Notes under the pieces: model-generated | Seen by the model: only the letters and a program-made list of their open reading frames with translations | Database searches by the model: none | Told to the model about the DNA's origin: nothing | Position numbers and translations under genes: made by a program | In this document: positions 11,701 through 21,285 of the stretch, piece after piece | Position numbering within the stretch: the stretch's first letter is position 1 | Layout: each line of letters starts with the position of its first letter | Source of the DNA: Candidatus Undinarchaeales archaeon | GTDB taxonomy: Archaea; SpSt-1190; JASMDC01 | Length of the DNA stretch: 64,000 bases | Reading direction: 5' to 3' | NCBI GenBank assembly: GCA_030753015.1 | Contig: JASMDC010000001.1 | Coordinates: 32,001 to 96,000 of the forward strand

Positions 11701-12381
11701 TTGGATAGGTCGAACGCCTTCATCGCCTGCGCTCTGCTGGCCCTCGTCGCCAGCGCCGGCTGCATGGAAGGGCTCGACCTCGGAATGGACGTAGCCCTCC
11801 TGCCTCCTGTGACGGGGGTCGGAGGACCGACGCCCACCGTGGTCCCTGGCGGCCCCCGACCGACACCAGTGTCCACACCCCTCCCGTCCGCACGGCCTAC
11901 GCCGCGCCACCGTACCGGCAACGAGGTGAACTACCTCCTGGTCGCCAACTCCTGCCTCGCCTGCGATCTTGAGAAGGCGGACCTCCAGTTCGCGGAGCTG
12001 GAGGGCGCCTTCCTCGCTGGAGCCGTGATGAAGGAGGCGAACCTCATGGGCACGGTGCTCACAAAGGCCGACCTTACCATGGCGGACCTTTCCTGGGCGC
12101 GTGCACCCGGTGTCCGCATGAACAACGCCACCCTCCGGGGTGCGGACCTGTCCGACGCCTTCCTCCACGGGGCGCAGATGGCCATGGCCGACCTTAGGGG
12201 CGCGAACCTCCGGGGCGCCAGTTGCCACGACACTCAGTTCATCGACGCCGATCTCACTGGAGCGGACCTGCGGGGCACCGACCTCTGCCGCGCCCATCTG
12301 GAGGACGCCATCCTGGAGGGGGCTCTCACCAACGAGGAGACTGTGTGCGTCGACTGTATCACGAAGGGTCCATGCTGGTAG
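11701..12381 (+). CDS. Pentapeptide-repeat protein with lipoprotein-like signal
   Basis: Tandem A(D/N)LxG repeats, signal ending SAGC, Pro/Thr linker. Confidence 0.85.
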   Translation: MDRSNAFIACALLALVASAGCMEGLDLGMDVALLPPVTGVGGPTPTVVPGGPRPTPVSTPLPSARPTPRHRTGNEVNYLLVANSCLACDLEKADLQFAELEGAFLAGAVMKEANLMGTVLTKADLTMADLSWARAPGVRMNNATLRGADLSDAFLHGAQMAMADLRGANLRGASCHDTQFIDADLTGADLRGTDLCRAHLEDAILEGALTNEETVCVDCITKGPCW

Positions 12382-12427
12382 GAGCGAAGGGGACGGGCGA
12401 ACAGAACGAGAGAGGAAGGACAAAGCA

Positions 12428-13117
12428 ATGGGGGAGGACGGATCTGGTGACGGTGCGCGAACGACCGCTCCCCCCGTCCGCCTCGTCGTGTGGGACCTCG
12501 ACGGCGTGCTCACCGAGGTCCGCAGCATCTGGGACCATCTCTTGCGCACTCTGGGACACGGCGATGCCTGCGACGCCAACAAGGAGTTGTACTTCTCGGG
12601 TAAGATCAACTATCAGCGCTGGGCAGAACTGGACGTGGCCCTCATGCGTGGTACGCCGCGGGAACGGCTGGAGGCGCTCGTCGCCGACATCCCCCTGACC
12701 CCCGGTGCCCGCGAGGCGGTGGCCGCGGTCACCGACGCCGGGGCCGAGAACCTGATAATCTCCTCCGGCCTCAACGTGCTCGCCGAGCGCGTCAGCAGTG
12801 AGCTGAGCGTGCCCTATATCACCAACCGCCTCAATTATCGGGACGGGCTGGTGGACGGCGTCGAGGTTGTGTGTTCCCTCGACAACAAGGGAGAGCTCCT
12901 CACAGCAGCCCTGGACGAGCGGGGCCTGGGGCCGGCCGACTGTGCTGCAGTGGGCGATGCGCGACCCGACATTCCCATGCTCCAGGTGGCTGGCCACCCC
13001 ATCGCCTTCCGTGCCCATGATGAGGAGGTGCTGGCCGTGTGCTCCCAGCGGACCGATGACATGGCCGAGCTCGCGGCCATGCTCTCTCGTCTGTGCTCAG
13101 GAGGTGGGGACGGGTGA
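12428..13117 (+). CDS. HAD-superfamily phosphatase (phosphoserine phosphatase-like)
   Basis: WDLDGVL motif I, IISSG, K, VGDARPD motif IV. Confidence 0.85.
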   Translation: MGEDGSGDGARTTAPPVRLVVWDLDGVLTEVRSIWDHLLRTLGHGDACDANKELYFSGKINYQRWAELDVALMRGTPRERLEALVADIPLTPGAREAVAAVTDAGAENLIISSGLNVLAERVSSELSVPYITNRLNYRDGLVDGVEVVCSLDNKGELLTAALDERGLGPADCAAVGDARPDIPMLQVAGHPIAFRAHDEEVLAVCSQRTDDMAELAAMLSRLCSGGGDG

Positions 13118-15585
13118 CGGACGAGGGGACGTCCCAGGGCGGGGACAGCGATCGAAAAGGGATCCGGGACATGGACCTCCGGCAGCTTGTGGGCCTCTTC
13201 CTGATCCTATCGGGCATGCTACTGGCCATGGGCGACTTCCTGGGTCTCCTCACGCCCGAGCTCGACCTGTTCGAGAAGACACTGGCCTACCTCATGCTCG
13301 TCATCCTGTGGTACGAGTTGGACCTGCCCAAGAACGTGTTCGGCCGCGAGGACTGGCGCCTGAACAAGTTCATTCTGCTGGCATTCTACGTGATCGCGTT
13401 CAAGCACGTCATCACCCTGGAACGGTCCACGGACCTTATTCAGATCAGTGGCAGCTGGCGGGCGACTCTCCTGTTCGACTCGCTCATGTTCGGTCAGGTC
13501 ATCCTCAACCTCGTGTGCATGTACATCGCCATCACGTTCACGTTCGACCGGCCCGGTGTGCTCTACTCGGTGGTCCATATAATCCTCACAGCACTCGCCA
13601 ACGTGCGGTCGGTGGAGGTGGACAAGGTCTGGGAGCGTTTCGCCCGTTCCCCGCTGGACCAGCACCTGGACGGGAAGGAGGCGTCCGCTGTCATTGTCCT
13701 GGCGCGTTATCTCCTCTCCTACTACATCCTCCTCGCCTTCTTCCTCATAATCTTCGATCCCATCACCCAGTGGATGATCACATCCGTGGACAAGGCCCTC
13801 TTCCTCATCTCCACGCTCTACTTCCTCCACTTCTCCGAACAGATTTCGGCCTCGGGGTTCGCCAACCAGATCGACGACATGGAGCGATCGTTCATCCTAA
13901 CCATCGCGAAATTGTTCACCACGCCCCACTTGTTCCACCTTGGGTTGTCGGTCATCCTCCTCTCTCGCGGCTTCGCGGACGCGGGCTACTTCCTCATCCC
14001 GTACGTGCTGGGGAGCGAACTCGATCCGTTCTACATGGATGTGCTCTGTGAACCCAGCGGCAGGGGCCTGGGCCCCGCGCAGGAACTGATGTACAAGGAT
14101 GTCTGCCTCGAGCATCACGTGCCTCTCAAGGACCTCCTCCAGTCCGAGATGATCCGCTACCAGGGGGCGGAGCTCTGGTTCACGGTGTTCCTGTACGCCA
14201 TCGGCGTGATCAGTCTGTTCCTCCTCCTCCTCCTCCCCATGGGCATATGGTTGCTCATGATGCTGGACGTGAAGGGCGAGCAGCTCACCCGGCTCAAGTC
14301 GTACGCTCCCCTGATGGGTGTGGCGTGCGCGCTGGTGCTCACCTTCCTCTTCAATCCATGGATTACCCTGCGACGTATCAATCCACAGACGGGCATCATC
14401 GGTGTCGATATGCGTACGCAGCTGATCACCGATGCACCCTCCATTGCCGGGATGGCCATCCCCCTGGACGTCACTAGCCTCCTCATCCTCACCATGGTGC
14501 TCATCCTCGGGTTCCACGCCCTGGCCCGGCATGAAGAGCGTCGCTGGATCGTGTACTTCCTCCTCTTCAGCGTGTCCATGCTCTACATCGCCAACTACAC
14601 CGTGCTCTACGGCTTCTCGGAGATCGAGTCGCACGTGGGGAACGTGGTCAATACACTGAACCCGCGATGGGCGCCCTCGCTCAAGCCGATCACCCGGGTG
14701 ATGCTGACCAAGTTCTTCGCCGACCTGCTGGTCGTGTCCGCTGCCTTCTACCTGGGTGCCCTTCCGCTCTTCCTGTACGGGGCGGGACAGTGGGTCTCCA
14801 AGAACTTCATCGGGGGCGGAGAGGACCGGTTCGTCCTTGTCTGGATAGCGATGGGCATTGCCGGGTACACCGCGATCCTCCGCCTGGCCGCCCCGGGGCT
14901 CTCACAGTTCATGCTGCTCATCGCCTTCCTCTATGTCCTCTCTTTCTGGTCCCTCGGATCCCGGTGCGTGTTCACAGAGAGGTTGGCCCCTGCCATGGAG
15001 GGGTTCGCCGTGTTCCTCATCCTCCTGCTCCTCCACATTCTCGTGTCGGTGCTCACCGGCGAGCTGTTCGGTATCTCCGCTCATATCGGGACATTGCTGG
15101 CGAACCTTGTGGTCATCCAGGCGTCGCTCCCGTACGTGCTCATTGCGGGACGGGAGGGGTACCTGGAACGACCTGCCCTTCTTTTCATCATCGGTGCTCT
15201 TGTGCTCGGCCTGGCGTGGGGGTATGTCGGCGAGGAGCTGAGGGAGCCCACGCTCCCCCTGCCCCGGGGGACGAACCTGGTCGTATGGGTGGTGCTCACG
15301 GCGATCTTCACCGCTATTGCCGAGGAACTATGGTTCCGTGGCGTGCTCCTGCGCTCCCTTGCCAAGGCCTTCCCCTTCGAGCTCGCGTGCGGGATCCAGG
15401 CCCTGCTGTTCGCCACTGCGCACTTTGGAAGGGCCATCTCACCCATGGTGTTCCTCACGCTCGCCCTGTTCGGATACATAGCAGGGATGCTCGTGCAACG
15501 GTCGCGCTCTCTATCGGTCCCGATAGTCTTCCACTTCGCCGCCAACTTCGCCCTATTGGGCCTGCGGCACGGCCTAATCGCTTAG
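13114..15585 (+). CDS. Large polytopic membrane protein with C-terminal CPBP (Abi/Rce1-like) intramembrane metalloprotease domain
   Basis: AEELWFRG, LFATAH and FHFAAN motifs after many TM helices; GTGA overlap with the HAD gene stop. Confidence 0.8.
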   Translation: MTDEGTSQGGDSDRKGIRDMDLRQLVGLFLILSGMLLAMGDFLGLLTPELDLFEKTLAYLMLVILWYELDLPKNVFGREDWRLNKFILLAFYVIAFKHVITLERSTDLIQISGSWRATLLFDSLMFGQVILNLVCMYIAITFTFDRPGVLYSVVHIILTALANVRSVEVDKVWERFARSPLDQHLDGKEASAVIVLARYLLSYYILLAFFLIIFDPITQWMITSVDKALFLISTLYFLHFSEQISASGFANQIDDMERSFILTIAKLFTTPHLFHLGLSVILLSRGFADAGYFLIPYVLGSELDPFYMDVLCEPSGRGLGPAQELMYKDVCLEHHVPLKDLLQSEMIRYQGAELWFTVFLYAIGVISLFLLLLLPMGIWLLMMLDVKGEQLTRLKSYAPLMGVACALVLTFLFNPWITLRRINPQTGIIGVDMRTQLITDAPSIAGMAIPLDVTSLLILTMVLILGFHALARHEERRWIVYFLLFSVSMLYIANYTVLYGFSEIESHVGNVVNTLNPRWAPSLKPITRVMLTKFFADLLVVSAAFYLGALPLFLYGAGQWVSKNFIGGGEDRFVLVWIAMGIAGYTAILRLAAPGLSQFMLLIAFLYVLSFWSLGSRCVFTERLAPAMEGFAVFLILLLLHILVSVLTGELFGISAHIGTLLANLVVIQASLPYVLIAGREGYLERPALLFIIGALVLGLAWGYVGEELREPTLPLPRGTNLVVWVVLTAIFTAIAEELWFRGVLLRSLAKAFPFELACGIQALLFATAHFGRAISPMVFLTLALFGYIAGMLVQRSRSLSVPIVFHFAANFALLGLRHGLIA

Positions 15586-16016
15586 GGGTAGGCCGCCGAT
15601 GAGCGCTCGTTCTCCCACAGCCTGACGTTGACGAGGGAGGGGACGTCCTCCACCAGTCTGTCGTGGAGCCATACCGCCAGCTCCTCGCATGTAGTGTTCC
15701 GAACGGGCAGCACTACGACATCCTCCCGCGGGAGCACCAGTGATTTGCATCCCGTGACATGGACCTCGTCCCCCTCGACGGCAACGCTGACCTCGCTGCT
15801 CTTTCCGGGGAGGAGTGTGCGGTGGTCCACCTCGTCCAGTACGGCAGCCGCCGCCGCCCTGATATCGTGGAAGTCTGCCACCATGCCCCGATCGTCCGGT
15901 TCGCCCTCGCACACGATCTCGACGCGGTAGTTATGGCCGTGGAGGCGTCCGCACGTGGGATGGCCTGCCAGGAAGTGGGAGGCCGCGAACCCGAGGCCGG
16001 AGACGGTGATCAGCAT
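15582..16016 (-). CDS. queD: 6-carboxytetrahydropterin synthase (QueD/PTPS family)
   Basis: FAASHFL, CGRLHGHNY, GMVADF, NTTCEELA, LWEN motifs. Confidence 0.88.
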   Translation of the reverse strand: MLITVSGLGFAASHFLAGHPTCGRLHGHNYRVEIVCEGEPDDRGMVADFHDIRAAAAAVLDEVDHRTLLPGKSSEVSVAVEGDEVHVTGCKSLVLPREDVVVLPVRNTTCEELAVWLHDRLVEDVPSLVNVRLWENERSSAAYP

Positions 16017-16062
16017 GCTCCCGTTCACCCCGCGTACCTTTATCAAGCTTGGCGTCGCTCCT

Positions 16063-17154
16063 TTGGACGTGGAGGTCCTCTCCCCACTAACCCGCGCCTT
16101 CGAGGTGGAGCCCCTGGTGGACGCCGGGGCCACGGCCTTCTATGCAGGAGTGCTCACAGCCGACTGGCGCCGGGCCTTCTCCACACTTGTGGCGGGCAAC
16201 CAAGAGCCTGCAGTGGGGGCGAACTTCCCCTCGTTGGAGGAGCTCAAGGAAGCCGTGGAGCGCGCTCACGACCGTAAGGCGCCGGTGACCCTCACCCTCA
16301 ACCTCGACTACTACACCGACCGCCAGCGCGAGCACTTGGGCAAGTTGATGGACTCTGCTGCGGACGCGGGCGTGGACGGTTTCCTCATCGCCGACGTGCC
16401 AACCATGGTCCGTGCCCGGGCCGAACATCCTGACGTGCGCCTTCACGTTAGCACCATCGCTCCCGCGTTCAACAATGCTGCTCTGGAGTTCTACGCGGAC
16501 CTGGGCGCCAGCCGCGTGGTGCTCCCCCAGCAGCTCACTCCCGAGGAGATCGTGGCACTGGCACGCGACACTCCCGTGGAGCTGGAGGTGTTCGTGCTCA
16601 ACAACCGGTGCGTGAACGTCGACGGCTTCTGCACCTTCGTGGACGGCATGGACGAAGCGGTCAGGCCGCTCACGGGGCGTATCGGTTTCGGCCTCCTCAA
16701 CAGCCGATGGGCGCTGCAGGCGGCCCGGTTCGTCCCCAGGCGTGCGCTGCGACACATGCGTCGGCTCCCCGGCCTCCGGCCTGCACCATGCCTGCTCGAC
16801 TACAAGGTGTCGCCTGTGACCGTCGGCAACCTCCCTCTGGAGGGGATGGCCGCGGCCAGGCAGCGGATGGAGGGTCACTTCGGTGGCAAGACCGGTGTCG
16901 ACTGCGGTGCCTGTGTCCTCCGCACGCTCCTCAGGGCAGGTATCACTGCGGTCAAGATCGATGGACGGCCCAACGATATGGCGCGCAAGCTCCGGGACGT
17001 GCGCTTCATCACCGACATGCTCAAGGCCGCGAAGGATGACACTGTCCCGGACAATGCACTATACTCTCGCACACGCCGTACCTTCAACCAGGGGTACAGC
17101 GGGGAATGCACCGACCTCACCTGTTACTACCGTGACTTCCTTCCCGGGCAGTGA
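16063..17154 (+). CDS. Peptidase U32 family Fe-S protein
   Basis: EVLSP, FYAG, ANF, HVST, GASRVVLP, LEVFV..RC-x6-C, DCGAC, KIDGR. Confidence 0.85.
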   Translation: MDVEVLSPLTRAFEVEPLVDAGATAFYAGVLTADWRRAFSTLVAGNQEPAVGANFPSLEELKEAVERAHDRKAPVTLTLNLDYYTDRQREHLGKLMDSAADAGVDGFLIADVPTMVRARAEHPDVRLHVSTIAPAFNNAALEFYADLGASRVVLPQQLTPEEIVALARDTPVELEVFVLNNRCVNVDGFCTFVDGMDEAVRPLTGRIGFGLLNSRWALQAARFVPRRALRHMRRLPGLRPAPCLLDYKVSPVTVGNLPLEGMAAARQRMEGHFGGKTGVDCGACVLRTLLRAGITAVKIDGRPNDMARKLRDVRFITDMLKAAKDDTVPDNALYSRTRRTFNQGYSGECTDLTCYYRDFLPGQ

Positions 17155-17162
17155 CCGAGCAG

Positions 17163-18326
17163 CTACTCCGTGTCACGTCCCCGAGGCAGCGCGAACCCAC
17201 CATAGGCGAGCGTGAGCACCGTCATCACTGCCGCGAAGGCGATGGCCGGTGCGAAGTCGCCTGTGCGCGTCGCCAGGAACCCGGCCGCGAGCGGGCCGAT
17301 GACAGCACCAGCGTTGTAGGCGAAGGTCAGTGCCCCCATGCCGCGGGCCCGTTCCTCGTCACTGGTGTGGTTTGCCACGAGCGAGAGCGTGGGGACCTCC
17401 GTGAGAACGTACATGGGGAACGCCCACATCAAAATGACGGCCCAGAGCCGCATGCTCGTGTCCGGGAGCACAGGAAGAGCGAGCATCCCGAGGAACACCA
17501 CCAGGTATCCGCCGATACCGGCCAGCATGATGGATATCCCACCACCGGAACCCACCATCCTGCCAATGCGACGGGCGCTCAGGATGGCCAGGAGGGTGGC
17601 GGTGGCGTTGAGGTACCCGAGCCATGAGCCGCTCCCTCCGATGGAGATGAAGTAGAGCGGGAAGAGCGAGCTGAAACCGAACCGAGCGGTATTGAGGAGA
17701 ATACTTATGGTGCACACGGCCATCAGAGCACGGTTGCCGAAGATGAAGGAGAGGTCCATGCCGCCGACCTGCTGCTCCTTGTGGTCGTCCTCCTCGATGA
17801 GAAAGGCCATGACCACGGCCACGCCGCATCCCACGAGACCGAGGATTGCTGCGGCGTTGACCCCCCCCATCCCGAACAGGAGGCCGCCGAGAAGGGATGC
17901 TGCGAAGAACCCGCCGGAACCGGCCGTCTGGAGATCACCGGCCGCCTCTCCCGAGGATGCGCCGGAGGCGACAGTGATGTAAGCGTTGACCAGGGGATTG
18001 ACGCTGCAGTGGACGAGAGCGAGCGCGGCCACTATCACGATGAAGGCGTCGGGACCGGTCACGACGAACGGCACCGCCATGGTGAGGACCATGGCCAGCG
18101 TCCCCGCCACTAGGAATGGGCGGGTGCGTCCGTAGGCGTCCCGCAGACCCGTCCAGATGTTCACGGCGAGCAGGGTGGCCAGTGCCATCACCGTTGTGAG
18201 CGACGCCACGTGGAGATAGCTACCGCCGATCTCACGGAGGTGGAGTGAGAAGAAGAGGATGACGATGGCGTACATGCCCCAATATGAGGCAAGGATTACG
18301 TAGGGGGCGCGTGCGGCGAGGTCCAC
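17163..18326 (-). CDS. MFS transporter
   Basis: About 12 hydrophobic helices, DAYGRTRP loop, ERARGMG motif. Confidence 0.85.
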   Translation of the reverse strand: MDLAARAPYVILASYWGMYAIVILFFSLHLREIGGSYLHVASLTTVMALATLLAVNIWTGLRDAYGRTRPFLVAGTLAMVLTMAVPFVVTGPDAFIVIVAALALVHCSVNPLVNAYITVASGASSGEAAGDLQTAGSGGFFAASLLGGLLFGMGGVNAAAILGLVGCGVAVVMAFLIEEDDHKEQQVGGMDLSFIFGNRALMAVCTISILLNTARFGFSSLFPLYFISIGGSGSWLGYLNATATLLAILSARRIGRMVGSGGGISIMLAGIGGYLVVFLGMLALPVLPDTSMRLWAVILMWAFPMYVLTEVPTLSLVANHTSDEERARGMGALTFAYNAGAVIGPLAAGFLATRTGDFAPAIAFAAVMTVLTLAYGGFALPRGRDTE

Positions 18327-18333
18327 TGAAGGC

Positions 18334-19119
18334 TCACCGCTCTCGTGTGACGATATCGTACATGTCGTTGGCGGCGGCCAGTTCCTCGGGCGACACTTCG
18401 TCCAGTGCCGTCATGTAATCGTCGATCCACACGCGGGAGAACCAGCCCTTGCGCTCACCAAGCAGCCTGACCGAGGCCGCGAAGAACTCGGGCGACGGGC
18501 TCTTCTCCCACAGGCGCTGGAACTTCGCCATCCCCTCCCGCTGGGAGTCCATGAGAGCAGGGAGCCGGGCGGCCTTGTACGATGCGATGTAGTCCTCGTC
18601 GAAGTAGCCCGAGCCCTCGAGCACCGCCATCTCCGTGAATGTGGCGAAGCCCTCGGACGTGAGCTCGTCCTTCCACGTTGGATTGCCCGTGTAGTCGTCG
18701 AGGAAGGCGTGAGCGTACTCATGGACAGTGACTATCTCGGGGATCATGGCGTCCCAGAATGCGAGCTGACGGTCGATCGCTGCTGCGCGTCCCGGGTCCC
18801 AGGTATCGTTCGCCGCCTCGTCGCGCATGCGTTGGTAGCGCGGTACGCACTGCTCACGGTGCTCGTCCTGGTCCTCCAGGTACACGGCCTTGTGCATCCC
18901 CTGCAAGAGGTTGCGGTGTGGGCTGTAGAAGCCTACCTCCACACGACCTGTCAGCTCCAGCGGGTCCCGCTGAGCCTTCCGGTGGAAGTGCTTGGAGTCG
19001 AGCACGTAAGCGGGGACGTCGGGGGCACTCTCGCCGTATATCCCCTCGAGGTACGAGTCGACGAGCTCCCTGCCGTGGGCCACGAGCTCCTCCTGCTCCA
19101 CCAGGTCGTACACGGACAT
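18334..19119 (-). CDS. Hypothetical acidic protein with gluzincin-type metallopeptidase motif
   Basis: VHEYAH followed by SEGFATFTE. Confidence 0.6.
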   Translation of the reverse strand: MSVYDLVEQEELVAHGRELVDSYLEGIYGESAPDVPAYVLDSKHFHRKAQRDPLELTGRVEVGFYSPHRNLLQGMHKAVYLEDQDEHREQCVPRYQRMRDEAANDTWDPGRAAAIDRQLAFWDAMIPEIVTVHEYAHAFLDDYTGNPTWKDELTSEGFATFTEMAVLEGSGYFDEDYIASYKAARLPALMDSQREGMAKFQRLWEKSPSPEFFAASVRLLGERKGWFSRVWIDDYMTALDEVSPEELAAANDMYDIVTRER

Positions 19120-19198
19120 CGGAGCACCGACCTTGCCTTATAAACCTTCCCGCAAGACCGTTCCGGTTCGTGCAAGGTGGGGCCGCGCTTCCAGTTCC

Positions 19199-19768
19199 TC
19201 AGGCTTCAGGGGCATCACCTACGAGTGGTATGGTCCTGCCGTACAGTACGTTTGAGACGAATGGATCACCTTCTGAGCGCCGGCGATCGTACTCCTCGGA
19301 CGAGAGGAGGATATAGTTGACCTCGCGGGAGAATCGCTCCTTCAGCTCCCGTGCTGCGTGCATGAGCCGGTCCTCATCAACGGACCCGACCACTATGAGG
19401 TCCACATCACTCTGGAGCGTGACCTCATTACTGGCGAACGAGCCGAACACGAACGCCTTCTCGATGCCGTCCATCCCGGACAATGTCTTGGCGAGCGCGC
19501 CGACGAGCCCTTCCGTCTTTAGGAACATGGACCTTAGCTCGTCGAAGATCGGTGAGGATGGATCTGCTTCGTAGAGCAGGAGGTTCCCCTTCGAGGAGGA
19601 GCGTACGATACCGGCCCGCAAGAGTCGTGCGAGCTCCCGCCGTACGGCATTGATGTTCACGTCCGACCTCCGTGCGAGCTCTCGCACATGAAGAGGTGTG
19701 TCCGGCGAGAGAAGGAGAAGAGAGAGCACTCTCGTGCGAGTTCTAGAACCGAGGATGATCTCAAGCAT
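19199..19768 (-). CDS. wHTH-minimal nucleotidyltransferase (MNT) fusion
   Basis: N-terminal HVRELARRSDVNINAVRRELARL HTH; C-terminal VFGSFAS...SDVDLIVVG. Confidence 0.88.
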   Translation of the reverse strand: MLEIILGSRTRTRVLSLLLLSPDTPLHVRELARRSDVNINAVRRELARLLRAGIVRSSSKGNLLLYEADPSSPIFDELRSMFLKTEGLVGALAKTLSGMDGIEKAFVFGSFASNEVTLQSDVDLIVVGSVDEDRLMHAARELKERFSREVNYILLSSEEYDRRRSEGDPFVSNVLYGRTIPLVGDAPEA

Positions 19769-19798
19769 GAATACCATATGTATTCACTTGTATAAATA
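19768..19798 (-). promoter_or_regulatory. TATA box plus palindromic operator of the HTH-MNT gene
   Basis: Perfect inverted repeat TGAATAC-N5-GTATTCA (19768-19786) lies between the start codon and TATTTATA (minus strand, 19791-19798). Confidence 0.6.
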
Positions 19799-19971
19799 TT
19801 TTATTCATTTTAACCATCTTTTCGGCGCCCTTCCTGTATGTTCCTTCCAATGATGTGGCCTTGGGTAGGGGATCTTGGAGTGGTATCATAGCTGCTCAGG
19901 CCTCTTAACGGTTGTGTACTACTCGCGGTAGTCACAATCTGATTTAACGGACGGACGACCACTAGAGTCAT

Positions 19972-20250
19972 ATGACGGGCCATGAGGGCGACCATGCACC
20001 AGATAGACGGCAACGGAACCGCTTGAAAAAGATCAAGCTCGTCCTCCCCGATGACGCCTACACGTTCATCGAGGAGCACGAGGGGGTCGACTGGAGCGAG
20101 GTCGCCCTCAACGCGATCGTGAGATATGCCCAGGACCTGGAGCTCATGGACAAGCTCGCAGGCGAGGTGGAGCTCACCAAGGACGACGTGGAGGCGCTTG
20201 AGCGCAGGATCAGGACCAGCCTCGCGAGACAGGGGAGGGGACACGTATGA
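19972..20250 (+). CDS. Small RHH-like antitoxin/regulator
   Basis: IKLVLPDD...VDWSEVALNAI pattern seen in archaeal RHH antitoxin-like proteins; the true start may be TTG at about 20023. Confidence 0.55.
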   Translation: MTGHEGDHAPDRRQRNRLKKIKLVLPDDAYTFIEEHEGVDWSEVALNAIVRYAQDLELMDKLAGEVELTKDDVEALERRIRTSLARQGRGHV

Positions 20251-20459
20251 GAACGAAAATAGTCGTGAAATCGGACAAGGTGCCCCAGGACCTGATAGTT
20301 CTGTCGGTCCCCGACGACATCCATACCATCATGGAGCGGCACGAGGAGGTCCGGTGGAACAAGGTCGTGGAGCACGAGATACTACGGTACATCGATGATC
20401 TCGTGTCATCTGACCGGTCGAACGATATGGTCGGCAGCAGCGGATCCCCACGAGTGTGA
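20247..20459 (+). CDS. Second small RHH-like protein, similar to the upstream gene
   Basis: IVLSVPDDIHTIMERHEEVRWNKVVEHEI aligns with IKLVLPDDAYTFIEEHEGVDWSEVALNAI; ATGA overlap. Confidence 0.5.
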   Translation: MRTKIVVKSDKVPQDLIVLSVPDDIHTIMERHEEVRWNKVVEHEILRYIDDLVSSDRSNDMVGSSGSPRV

Positions 20460-20469
20460 ACCGGACCTT

Positions 20470-21285
20470 CTACCCGATCTTGTCCTTTACGCCACGCTCT
20501 TCCAGGTAAGCGCGCACCACGTCCATCTTAGCATCGATGTATGCTAGAGCATCCGGCTCCCGGTCCTTGTCAAAGAGCGGGCCGTAGTAGAACTTGTTGT
20601 ACATGGCGGCCTGGAGCCCGAACCAGCACCATGCCTGGGTGGGGAACGAGAGGAGCGCCTCACGGTAGCGCCTGGGAGAGAGCGCACCCTCGGCGGGCCT
20701 GACCATCCGGATGCCCGCTTCCTCGAGCGCATCGTGCACTGCGTTCTTGTTGGGGAGGCTGTAGACGGGGTTCTCGTAGGTGATGCCATGTTCCTCGTAC
20801 AGCCCGCGGAGCCGGTCCATGACTCCGCGTGTCTGTGCAGGGTAGAACGCCTCCTCCCGGCTGGCCCCGTCGGCCACGCGCCGGACATCCAGCTCGAGGC
20901 AGTCAGCGATCGCCTGGGCGTGCATGGCCAGCTTGCATCCCATGCAGATCAGAAGGAACAGGCGCGAGCCGAACCGTTGCCGGTCGGCGTCCACGTCGTC
21001 CACGGCGATACGGCGGAAGAGCGAAGTGTAATCGTTCATGTGGTGGACGAAACGGTCCTTCCCGAACGCCTCCTCGAGCTGCTTGGCGTTGATGCTCGAC
21101 TTGGAGATGTCGCGGAGACCGGGGAATGTGAGCACTCCCCTGCGCACGGTCTGCCGGTCGTAAGTGAGGAGGTGCACGGGGCGGAAACGGCGGGACATGA
21201 GCACGGCGGCAAGCGTGGAGTCGGAACCGCCGGAGTAGAGCACAGCACAAGGAGCGTCCGTCGATGTGCCCTTATCGTCGCTCAT
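20470..21285 (-). CDS. PP-loop (adenine nucleotide alpha-hydrolase, QueC-like) ATPase
   Basis: VLYSGGSDS PP-loop, VHLLTY, CMGCK. Confidence 0.75.
   Translation of the reverse strand: MSDDKGTSTDAPCAVLYSGGSDSTLAAVLMSRRFRPVHLLTYDRQTVRRGVLTFPGLRDISKSSINAKQLEEAFGKDRFVHHMNDYTSLFRRIAVDDVDADRQRFGSRLFLLICMGCKLAMHAQAIADCLELDVRRVADGASREEAFYPAQTRGVMDRLRGLYEEHGITYENPVYSLPNKNAVHDALEEAGIRMVRPAEGALSPRRYREALLSFPTQAWCWFGLQAAMYNKFYYGPLFDKDREPDALAYIDAKMDVVRAYLEERGVKDKIG

Noticed and set aside
20470-21285. Calling the PP-loop gene queC because queD is nearby
   Set aside because: It lacks the QueC C-terminal zinc-site pattern and PxRN motif, and it lies in a different transcription unit.
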